Assembly: GCA_965116925.1 (NCBI GenBank)
Contig: OZ220744.1
Coordinates: 1,184,001-1,248,000, forward strand
Direction of reading: 5' to 3'
DNA from: Candidatus Poribacteria bacterium
Lineage (GTDB): Bacteria; Poribacteria; WGA-4E; PCPOR2b
Length of the DNA stretch: 64,000 nt
The stretch's first letter is position 1. Every line of letters starts with the position of its first letter. Both the position numbers and the translations under genes were made by a program. The notes beneath the pieces were generated by a model. That model was not told the DNA's origin. It made no database searches and saw only the letters and a program-made list of their open reading frames with translations. Positions 41,863 through 50,697 of the stretch are shown here, in pieces.

Positions 41863-43269
41863 ATGGCTAAGAACAACACCCTCATCTATCGCGCCCAAAC
41901 TGGGGATGAAGAGGCTTTTGCTGCCCTGATGCGGGAGCATTACTCTTTCGTTTATGCGATTGTTATAAGAATCGTGAAAAATTCCCATGACGCCGAAGAA
42001 GTAGTCCAAGACACCTTCCTCAACGCCTATCGTGGATTGACACAGCTTGAGGATACAACCAAATTCAGAAGCTGGTTGGGGGAGATTGCACAAAATTGTG
42101 GGCGAAATTGGCTCCGCAAACAGAGGGACGATACCGTATCCATCGATGAAGTGAGCGAAAATCTTCTTCAAGCGCAAGACTCACCTGATGAGCGGTTAAC
42201 ACAACTGGAACAGAGAGAGCTGATTCGCCGTATCATAGAGACGCTTCCGCAGAAAGATAGAGAGATTGCCCATGCCTACTATCTGGAAGGTGCGAGTTAT
42301 GACGAGCTGACGAGTACACACGGACTGTCATACAACGCCATTGCGTTTCGGCTGTCACGTGCGAAGCAGCAACTCACCAAACGGTTGCGATACCTTCTGA
42401 CCGGCATCTTCGTTTCTCCGGCGATGACACTTAAAAAAATGTATTCAGGAGGGCTAACTGTCATGAAAATTGGAACAGTTCCTAAAATAACGGTTGGAGT
42501 TGCAGCACTGATTGCGCTCATTTTCATCGGCTTCGTCGGCGTCCGCCAGATGAACGCACCCACAATTGAGGAGCGGGTGTATTTGTCGCCGTGGGAAGAT
42601 GGCACTCCACGCCCACAAAACAACTCCGAAGACTTAGCTACCCAAACTGATTTTGCTCAAAATACAGAATTCCGAGACAATCAGTCACAAAATTCTGCCG
42701 CAGAGATCGAACCGAACAAAGATTTCTTGGGGCAATCTGAAGAAATGGATGTGTCACAATTCACGACAGACGCAGAATCTGACATAGAAACGGATCCGGA
42801 CCTCTTTACCGACATATCTATGCTGTTAGATAACGAAGGTCAGCTCGCTGAAGATGTGATGAATGCTTACGTGGAAGCGGTAAGAAGTTTTGACGGTGAA
42901 AGAATACGCCCATTAATGACGGGGGCTGCCAAGGAAAAGTTTGAGAGTCAGATGGTGCCTGCGTTAAAGGGGGAGCTCTCAGAAGAGTATATAAATACAT
43001 TTTATAGCGTAGCTCTTGATATGTCACCAGAGATGGCGGATGAGATGGTAGATTATCTAATTCAGACGGTACAGCCGGAAATGCTACCGCTACTTAAGCA
43101 GATGTTTGGTTCGGCAGCGGTTGCGAGTAGTGAATATGTCGGCGATGAACTCCACTTCCGAATAAGAATGTGGGATCCGCCGGGAACAGAAATGCCGGGA
43201 ATACCACCGGGCCCACCTCATAAAATTCGGAAGGAAAATGGGGTCTGGCGGATCTATGATTCGCCATAA
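41863..43269 (+). CDS. ECF sigma factor with TM and extracytoplasmic domain, copy 2
   Basis: Colinear paralog of 39995-41416. Confidence 0.88.
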   Translation: MAKNNTLIYRAQTGDEEAFAALMREHYSFVYAIVIRIVKNSHDAEEVVQDTFLNAYRGLTQLEDTTKFRSWLGEIAQNCGRNWLRKQRDDTVSIDEVSENLLQAQDSPDERLTQLEQRELIRRIIETLPQKDREIAHAYYLEGASYDELTSTHGLSYNAIAFRLSRAKQQLTKRLRYLLTGIFVSPAMTLKKMYSGGLTVMKIGTVPKITVGVAALIALIFIGFVGVRQMNAPTIEERVYLSPWEDGTPRPQNNSEDLATQTDFAQNTEFRDNQSQNSAAEIEPNKDFLGQSEEMDVSQFTTDAESDIETDPDLFTDISMLLDNEGQLAEDVMNAYVEAVRSFDGERIRPLMTGAAKEKFESQMVPALKGELSEEYINTFYSVALDMSPEMADEMVDYLIQTVQPEMLPLLKQMFGSAAVASSEYVGDELHFRIRMWDPPGTEMPGIPPGPPHKIRKENGVWRIYDSP

Positions 43270-43310
43270 TAACTAGACCAATTTTTAGCACTATCTCGCA
43301 TGACTTCACG

Positions 43311-43342
43311 AGGCGAATGGTTTGAACCATTCGCCTTTTTTT
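43311..43342 (+). terminator. intrinsic terminator
   Basis: AGGCGAATGGTT-tg-AACCATTCGCCTTTTTTT. Confidence 0.85.
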
Positions 43343-43485
43343 ATTTGTCGAGCACGAAAAATCTGTTATCCTAAGAATCCTTTAATCCTGTAAAAATTCC
43401 GATTCAAACAGTTAAATCCCAAAAAAGTGCTAAAAAAAATTGCAGAGCGGCGTTAATAATAAAATGCAAGGGAGGATAACGAGCC

Positions 43486-44916
43486 ATGGCTAGCGACGAT
43501 ACACTCATTAATCGCGCCCAATCTGGGGACGAAGGTGCATTTGTTGATCTGGTACGGGTATATTACCCCTTTGTCTATGCGATTGTTATTAGAATTGTGA
43601 ACGATCCACACGACGCCGAGGAGATCGTGCAAGACACCTTTCTCAACGCCTATCGCGGTTTGGCGGAGTATCAGGAGATGGCAAAGTTCAAAAATTGGTT
43701 GGGGGAGATTGCGCGAAATCGCGCACGAAGCTGGCTGAGAAAACAGCGGATCGATACCGTTCCGATTGATGAAGTGAACGAACACATCCTTGGGACACAA
43801 GATTTGCCAGACGAACAGTTGGTGCGCCATGAACAAAGGGAACTGATTCGCCGTGCAATGGAGACGCTCTCGGAAAAAGATAGGGAGATTGCCCGCGCGT
43901 ATTACCTTGATGGCGCAAGCTACGACGAACTAATCAGTACGCACGGTCTGTCATACAACGCCATTGCATTTCGCCTCTCTCGTGCCAAACGGCAACTCAC
44001 CAAACGGTTGCGATATCTCCTGACTGGCATCTTCGTTTCCCCTGCGATGACACTTAAAAAAATCTATTCAGGAGGCCTAACTGTCATGAAAGTTGGAACG
44101 GTGTCCAAGATAACGATCGGCGCAGCAGTATTAATTGCACTGATTTTTATCGGTTTCATCGGTGTCCGCTATATGAGTGCGCCCACAGTCGAGGAGCGTG
44201 TATATTTATCGCCATGGGAGGACGGCACTGAACGCCCTCAAAACAACTCCGAAGACTTGGCTGCCCAAACTAATTCGCCCCAAAATACGGAAAGCCGGGA
44301 CAATCTGTCACAGAGTTCCACAGAGGGATCGGAACTGATTGACGATTCCTTGGGGCAACCTGAAGAAACGAATACAGCACAGTTCGCAGCAGATGCAGAA
44401 TCTGATATCGAAACGGACTCGGATCTGTTTGCCGACATATCTGCGTTGTTAGACGACGAGGGTCAGCTTGCTGAAGATGTGATGAACGCTTACGTAGAAG
44501 CATTAAGGGGGCTTGACGTTGAAGGAATACTCTCAGTAGTGGCAGGGGCTGCAAAGGAAGAGTTTGAGAGTGAAATGTTGCCTTTCTTAAAGGGGGAGTT
44601 GCCACAAGATCTTATAGATACATATTATAGCGTGGCTCGTGATATTGTGCCCCCAGAGAAACTGGATGAGATGGCAGATGAGTGGATCCAGGCAATGAAA
44701 GGGGCAATGCTACCGGTACTTAAACAGATGCTTGGTTCGGCAGAGATCGTAAGCAGTGAGTATGTCGGCGACGAACTCCACTTCCAAGTAAGAATATCGT
44801 CACCGGAGATACCGGGTGCATCGGATTTCGGGATACCAGAGATGTCGAAAATGCCGGACCAACTTAATAAAATTCGCAAAGAAAATGGGGTGTGGCAGAT
44901 TTATAATTCGCAATAG
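43486..44916 (+). CDS. ECF sigma factor with TM and extracytoplasmic domain, copy 3
   Basis: Colinear paralog with a more diverged sigma domain. Confidence 0.88.
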   Translation: MASDDTLINRAQSGDEGAFVDLVRVYYPFVYAIVIRIVNDPHDAEEIVQDTFLNAYRGLAEYQEMAKFKNWLGEIARNRARSWLRKQRIDTVPIDEVNEHILGTQDLPDEQLVRHEQRELIRRAMETLSEKDREIARAYYLDGASYDELISTHGLSYNAIAFRLSRAKRQLTKRLRYLLTGIFVSPAMTLKKIYSGGLTVMKVGTVSKITIGAAVLIALIFIGFIGVRYMSAPTVEERVYLSPWEDGTERPQNNSEDLAAQTNSPQNTESRDNLSQSSTEGSELIDDSLGQPEETNTAQFAADAESDIETDSDLFADISALLDDEGQLAEDVMNAYVEALRGLDVEGILSVVAGAAKEEFESEMLPFLKGELPQDLIDTYYSVARDIVPPEKLDEMADEWIQAMKGAMLPVLKQMLGSAEIVSSEYVGDELHFQVRISSPEIPGASDFGIPEMSKMPDQLNKIRKENGVWQIYNSQ

Positions 44917-45008
44917 TCATTCAACCACCTTGCAGCTCTATTTTGCAAGATTTCGCTAAGTGAATGATGCTATCTATATTTTCACTTAACACAAGAAAGG
45001 AGACAAAC

Positions 45009-45374
45009 ATGAAATTCCAACAAATTGGTGCACTTTTCTGTGCTGTTTTGATTATCTCTGGGTGTGCTTCAAGCACCTCCCACGATTTTTTTACAAACCG
45101 GTACTCCCTTGACACCGAGGAGTTTGACCGCGGCTATAAAGCGGGTATTGCCTTCGCGAAAACGGAGGGACCTTTTAGCTCCTCACCAAAGGATGTGCCA
45201 TCTGCGATGCAAAAGATAATCGAAACCGAGTCGGATTCGTATCAAAAAGGGTTCTTCGCAGGCTATCGCGATCGAAAAGTTAGAAATCAGCAGTTGAACG
45301 GTGTTGTTTTCTGGAGTTCATGGGCGGTTATCATGACCGGTCTCATTCTAAGCGACGATCTACGCGAAGAATAG
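45009..45374 (+). CDS. small putative lipoprotein
   Basis: SD AAAGGAG, MKFQQ..VLIISG-C lipobox, C-terminal hydrophobic helix. Confidence 0.65.
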   Translation: MKFQQIGALFCAVLIISGCASSTSHDFFTNRYSLDTEEFDRGYKAGIAFAKTEGPFSSSPKDVPSAMQKIIETESDSYQKGFFAGYRDRKVRNQQLNGVVFWSSWAVIMTGLILSDDLREE

Positions 45375-45691
45375 TACTAGGAATGTGCGAAAAACCTTCT
45401 TTCAATTTGTCGCACTTAGGTTTAGCTAGTGGTTTGTTTTAACCGGGTCGGTAGTCTTTGCTCAGTCTCGCGATACTCTCTGACATATTTGGCTCATTGA
45501 TTCATTTTTCACGTTTCACGCATCACGTTTCACTTTTTCAGTTTTGCGCTTTACTTCTGACGTAAGCCACATATTTCTATTGCCTTCTTTTTTACATCGT
45601 GATAACATCTATAGTGTCTCAATTTCAATGACCGTATTGGAAATCGCACAGTGTAAATCGTCTCATCTAGAACTCCAAAAGGAGGTCTGTT

Positions 45692-47107
45692 ATGTACACG
45701 AGTGTCCAATATCCCGATACTATAGAACCTCAGGTGCAATTTATAGAGGAAACCGCGCCTGAAGACATTGTGGAAAAGACGATAGAAAAACTCCACGCTG
45801 GGGTTTCGATTAAGGAAATGTGTACCGCGTCTGCGCTAGCGGTGGTTCGTTCATCGGAGATGCCTTTCTTTGTGAATGGACAGTGGGGCCATCACGGTGG
45901 ACACATGCATCCCGTTTCTGGAATACATGCGGTGAAAGAGATCGCCTCAAGGCTTGCTGGGGACAATCGCTTTCTACCTGTGGTGCAAAACGTCGCCCTA
46001 TCCAATAAGCACATCCATCATCCCTCCATGGGTCCCTATGTGCTGCCCGCATTTGAACCACTTGATGCCGGTGGGGTGGAGGAAACGAAAAGGGCGTTCC
46101 TTGATGCGGTGCGGCGTGGCTCTGTTAATGACGCTGACCATTACTTTCTTTGGCTCGTTCAACACATACCGCACGAAGAAGCGCTGGATATACTTCTAAC
46201 GGTTGCCACCCTAAAGAATCTGGTGGATGACCATAAGTTCATCTATCCCATCTATACGTGGCGACTGCTCGAATGGCTGGATTGGGAACACCTTCAGGTG
46301 CTCACCCGTGGACCTGTCCGATACATCTCACAGCCGCCTTCAGCGAAGCCTGTGCAAGAAATTAACGAGTTGATTGAGAAATATCAACTGCTGTCAACCC
46401 CGCTGCGCCAAACGACGGGAGCTGATGAAACTGACGCTATCGTTCGATTGCGTGCAGGGTTGAACGACTGCGCCTTCACCGACATCCCTGAAACAACCGC
46501 CAAGGCACTTGCGGAAGGGCTTTCGTTAGAGGGAGCCGGTGAAGCACTTTCACTTGCCGCTTCAGACCTTTTCTTGCGCTTGGATACCAGCAATCCGATG
46601 GATGTCCACATGCACACCGGCGTCAATGCGAGGCGTCATGTCCTGCGGGTCAACGGTATCTGCAAAGAGAACAAGATTTTAGCCCTCCTGCTATGGAATT
46701 CGGGTCCCGAAGTCAGAAATGCACAAGGTCGTATTGATGACGGACCTTATCCTTCTCCCGACGCCGTAGCTGCAACTCCTCAACAAGGTCAGGAACAACT
46801 GTTGTCTGCTATTGAGGATGCTATCGCTGCCAATGACGTTGACCATGCAGCAACCCTGACAGCAAAGTATGGAGAGCTGGAACATGACCCGCAAGCATTA
46901 ATCACCTGCCTCACCGAAATCGTCTGCCGGGATAATGCGACAGAGATGCATGCGCTGAAGCACCATCAAGCAACGGTTGAAGAGTTCCAGACAACCCGTC
47001 CTCCATTCCGTTCCCGCCACATGGTTGCCGCAGCAAAAGCCGCAGCCATCTCGTATGGGACAGCCCAAGAGGTATATGAAAGGGCGAAACAGTTTTTGAA
47101 TAACTGA
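45692..47107 (+). CDS. His-rich hypothetical protein with internal two-fold repeat, probably metal-binding
   Basis: SD AAGGAGG; HHGGHMH, DDHK, DVHMH, MHALKHH. Confidence 0.7.
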   Translation: MYTSVQYPDTIEPQVQFIEETAPEDIVEKTIEKLHAGVSIKEMCTASALAVVRSSEMPFFVNGQWGHHGGHMHPVSGIHAVKEIASRLAGDNRFLPVVQNVALSNKHIHHPSMGPYVLPAFEPLDAGGVEETKRAFLDAVRRGSVNDADHYFLWLVQHIPHEEALDILLTVATLKNLVDDHKFIYPIYTWRLLEWLDWEHLQVLTRGPVRYISQPPSAKPVQEINELIEKYQLLSTPLRQTTGADETDAIVRLRAGLNDCAFTDIPETTAKALAEGLSLEGAGEALSLAASDLFLRLDTSNPMDVHMHTGVNARRHVLRVNGICKENKILALLLWNSGPEVRNAQGRIDDGPYPSPDAVAATPQQGQEQLLSAIEDAIAANDVDHAATLTAKYGELEHDPQALITCLTEIVCRDNATEMHALKHHQATVEEFQTTRPPFRSRHMVAAAKAAAISYGTAQEVYERAKQFLNN

Positions 47108-47258
47108 TACCGTTTAGGGGGCCAATGTTTTCTTCGCATTGCTTTCAATGTCTAAAACTAACGAATAGGGATGCAGAGGTCGAGGTGGGACAGAGAGACG
47201 CTGAGTGGGTTCACCCTTTTTTCGTGACTTGCCTGGTGACACTAACAGGAGATTTTGG

Positions 47259-49406
47259 ATGAGAGGCTTCGCGTTTCTCTTTCTTCCGCTTCTTATGCTT
47301 GGAGGAGTGGTAGACGCACAACTACAAAACGGTTTTGTTCCCTTCGATTATCCTGATGCGCCTATAGTTGAATTTCAGTTTGACTTAGACCGTAGCACCA
47401 TTGCGTTGATTATGGAAGACACGGATCCCCGTATCGTTTCGCTGTTCAACGCGTTAGCACACCTACACCTCCGTAGCTACAAGGCAAGCCATTTTGACAA
47501 GATACTTTGGTACTACGGAACGAACTTGAAAGCACGAGGATGGAGCACCTTCGAGAAAAGCGCGAACTTTCACCTATACACCCTCACGCAAAACGAGACC
47601 GTTATCGGTATCTTTGTGGCTGTCAAAAGCGGAAAGGAGATGTATCTGATAAATATGGACGGTCAGTTCGCACCAAAACAGGTCAGCGAACTGGTGGAAA
47701 ATCTCAGTGCGTTGGGCATTGAGATACCCGAGCTGAACGCTTTCGGCACGCGATCTGCCCCTGTATCCGCTTCAACCCTGCTTCGGACACCCGAAGGCGA
47801 TCCGATCCATGAGGTGCGAATTCAAGCGAATCAGACAACCATTGAACCCCAAGTTAGAGCGATGCTTGATGAGGGGCCAGATGAGCTCATCGCAGTGATG
47901 GCAGCCTTGCGTGGCAAACTCCCGGATACTCAGACGCTGACGGTGAGGATTGGCACGGAAGGTGGTAAGCGCATCGCAACGATTATCATTACAGCGCGAC
48001 CGGATACGGTGGATTTGTCAGTTTCGTCAATGGCAGCCGCCGATGAAATCGCGCAGGAGCAAGGCCCCCCAACACGATTTCGGACGGTCGAAGGTGAACC
48101 GATTCACGAAATCCGGATCCGAGGCAATCGGAAAATTACCGAGGTGGAGATTCGAGCTGCCCTCGACGAAGCACCAGAGAACATCGGAAAAGCAATTGAC
48201 ACCTTGAAGGAGGCACTGCCCTATTTTAGTCGAATCTCCCTACAGATCGAAGAGGACGGCACGAAGCGAGTTGCGACAGTTACCGTTGCGGAAAAAGCAC
48301 TTTCTTCCGACTATTACCTCCATGCGACACCACTCATTCAGTTTAACCGCGTCACCGGATTGTTACCCGCTGCGCGCCTTGAAGTGGGAAAACGGAGGCA
48401 GATGGGGCCCCTCTGGCTGTGGTACATCCCCAGTACGGTTAGAGCACGTCTGACAAAACTGTCTGGGGATATAGGCTACGGATTTGGAAATCGAGATCTC
48501 AATTACCGAGTGGGTGGAGATATGATCTGGGGTGAACCGGACATTTCAACTCTGGGGATCTCCGCTCAGATTTATCGTGGGACAAATGTTATTGCCCCGG
48601 ACCTCTTACCATACTATGCCAATTTGTCGACTGCTTGGGCTAACCTTTGGGGCACACCTCAGGTACACAACTACTATTTGAACAAAGGTATTGAGATGTC
48701 GCTTCGATGGGAGCCGGTGGGGCCAACGCATGCTCTCAAATTTATGGTGAGTGCCGAGTCACATGAAAGCCTGCAAAAGACTACAGATTGGCACATTAAC
48801 AATTGGTCTTCAGAATTGAAAGCGCGAGAAAATCCACCGATAACCCCCGGCGAGCTGCGAAGCGTTACGTTGCAATACAATTTAAGTACGCGCAGAAACC
48901 GTAACATCGGTTGGCGCAATACCTTGCTTATCGAGCACAGCAGCCCTGTTATCGGTTCTGCTTTTGATTTTACACGATTTCAACTACAGCTGCGATATGC
49001 CGTGCCAAGAGGTAACAATCTCATCCGTACACGATTGATGTTGGGGGCTGCCACTGGAACGTTGCCGATTCAACGCCAATTTATGCTTGGAGGGGCGGGA
49101 ACGCTTAACGGGTATCCACCCTATACGTTCACAGGGGACCACGGGGCTCTACTCAATATAGAATATTTATATCGCCTCTCGAATCTATACCATTGGAGTT
49201 TTCTGAAAGAAACTTTTGTCGTGTTGTTCTTTGATCAGGGACAAGTTTGGAATATGTCTGACAAGCCGTACCGCTTTGCCCCGAAAACAAATGTCGGCAT
49301 CGGTTGGCAATCCGGGGAGGATTACCCCTTCAGATTTTACGTTTCCAAATCCTTGGAGTCAGAGGGGGAGGCTGAAGTCATTTCAACATGGTATTATAGT
49401 TTCTAA
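47259..49406 (+). CDS. outer-membrane protein: signal peptide + DUF4252-like + 2 POTRA-like repeats + Omp85/BamA-type barrel
   Basis: PIHEIRIRGN repeats; FNRVTG, IGYGFG, QFMLGGAGTLNGY, FFDQG, terminal Phe; SD AGGAG before ATG 47259. Confidence 0.7.
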   Translation: MRGFAFLFLPLLMLGGVVDAQLQNGFVPFDYPDAPIVEFQFDLDRSTIALIMEDTDPRIVSLFNALAHLHLRSYKASHFDKILWYYGTNLKARGWSTFEKSANFHLYTLTQNETVIGIFVAVKSGKEMYLINMDGQFAPKQVSELVENLSALGIEIPELNAFGTRSAPVSASTLLRTPEGDPIHEVRIQANQTTIEPQVRAMLDEGPDELIAVMAALRGKLPDTQTLTVRIGTEGGKRIATIIITARPDTVDLSVSSMAAADEIAQEQGPPTRFRTVEGEPIHEIRIRGNRKITEVEIRAALDEAPENIGKAIDTLKEALPYFSRISLQIEEDGTKRVATVTVAEKALSSDYYLHATPLIQFNRVTGLLPAARLEVGKRRQMGPLWLWYIPSTVRARLTKLSGDIGYGFGNRDLNYRVGGDMIWGEPDISTLGISAQIYRGTNVIAPDLLPYYANLSTAWANLWGTPQVHNYYLNKGIEMSLRWEPVGPTHALKFMVSAESHESLQKTTDWHINNWSSELKARENPPITPGELRSVTLQYNLSTRRNRNIGWRNTLLIEHSSPVIGSAFDFTRFQLQLRYAVPRGNNLIRTRLMLGAATGTLPIQRQFMLGGAGTLNGYPPYTFTGDHGALLNIEYLYRLSNLYHWSFLKETFVVLFFDQGQVWNMSDKPYRFAPKTNVGIGWQSGEDYPFRFYVSKSLESEGEAEVISTWYYSF

Positions 49407-49415
49407 GGTTATAGA

Positions 49416-50570
49416 ATGCCCCAACATACAAACCGTGCACTACTCATTTCCTTAGGGTTACATCTGATTTTAGTTATGACAGTTGTTCCTATTCTCATTC
49501 AGCCTGCCGATAAGATTAGGAATAATTCGACTGTGATCCTACTCGAAGTGGAACCAATTCAGCAAGTGCGGCGACGTGTGTTGCGCCAATACCAGCCACC
49601 GATTCGACAAACCCACCGGGCAAAACCTGCGAAACCGCCAATCCCTTCATTGGTTTCGCCGACTAATACGGTGCAGGGTCCCACCCCCCAAGCCCCGGTG
49701 CATCTTGATGTTGCTCCTGCCTTGGTCACTCATGCCAATCTGCCGGAAACAGGTGCCCCTACGCTGCCGAATGCCAGTCTCGGCAAAGGTTTCGCTGGAG
49801 GCGGCACCGTAGAGATTGGTAGAGGCCGTGGAGCAGGTATTGACGGATTTAGGCACGGCGTATCGGGTGAAAACGGTGTCGAGCAGCGATTTACAAGCCT
49901 CACCAGGACAGATGAATTGGGGTTGGGAAATATTGGTGGTGCTTCCACAGGACTTGGTATCTTTGATACAACCGTGAGATCCGGACACGGCTTGGTTGGA
50001 ACTGTTTATGTTCGCGATGCGCCTATTCCTCAGGTGGATCTCTTTGAACGTTGCTTTACACCATCTGGGAGGATCTTTCAGATGCCCCCCTTTGAACATC
50101 TGACGCCGGTCTATACCTTTATTACAGGTAATCTAGATGTATCTCCAAGAAACTATACAGAGGGTTTTCCAACGGCGAAAATGGAGTCTGTCATTGACAA
50201 TTTCGCAATTCGTTTTCGCGGCAAGCTGGCTATTGAGACGCCCGGCACTTACACTTTTGCCCTAAACTCCGATGATGGCTCGAAGTTATACATCAATCAG
50301 AATCTTGTTGTTGATAACGATGGGATTCATACGCCGCGATACGTTCGGGGGAGCCTGAAGCTCGCAACCGGAATGCATCCTATTGAAATTCACTATTTCC
50401 AAGGACAACCCTACCAGATCGCCCTGCAATGGTTCTATCAGCCGCCAAATGGTCAAGAACAGATCGTTCCACCCGAAATGATTTATCTCCCAGAGCCGCC
50501 CCGTCCTCCGAGTGCATTGATAGGACTACAAGATCGACTAAAAAAGATCCGGGGTAAGGAAGTACAATAG
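49416..50570 (+). CDS. membrane-anchored PA14-domain protein with TonB/TolA-like anchor
   Basis: ISLGLH (SxxxH) TM, Pro-rich linker, PA14 motifs FAIRFRG, LNSDDGSKLYI, DNDGIH. Confidence 0.8.
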   Translation: MPQHTNRALLISLGLHLILVMTVVPILIQPADKIRNNSTVILLEVEPIQQVRRRVLRQYQPPIRQTHRAKPAKPPIPSLVSPTNTVQGPTPQAPVHLDVAPALVTHANLPETGAPTLPNASLGKGFAGGGTVEIGRGRGAGIDGFRHGVSGENGVEQRFTSLTRTDELGLGNIGGASTGLGIFDTTVRSGHGLVGTVYVRDAPIPQVDLFERCFTPSGRIFQMPPFEHLTPVYTFITGNLDVSPRNYTEGFPTAKMESVIDNFAIRFRGKLAIETPGTYTFALNSDDGSKLYINQNLVVDNDGIHTPRYVRGSLKLATGMHPIEIHYFQGQPYQIALQWFYQPPNGQEQIVPPEMIYLPEPPRPPSALIGLQDRLKKIRGKEVQ

Positions 50571-50697
50571 CTGTGAATACAGTGTAAAACCAAGAAGGAG
50601 AGAATTGTTGTACAGCTGCTAGCGAACTATGTGATAGCGGATGTGAATCGTACGATTCCCTCACAACTTGCCTGATTGCGATAATGGGAAATTTTAG

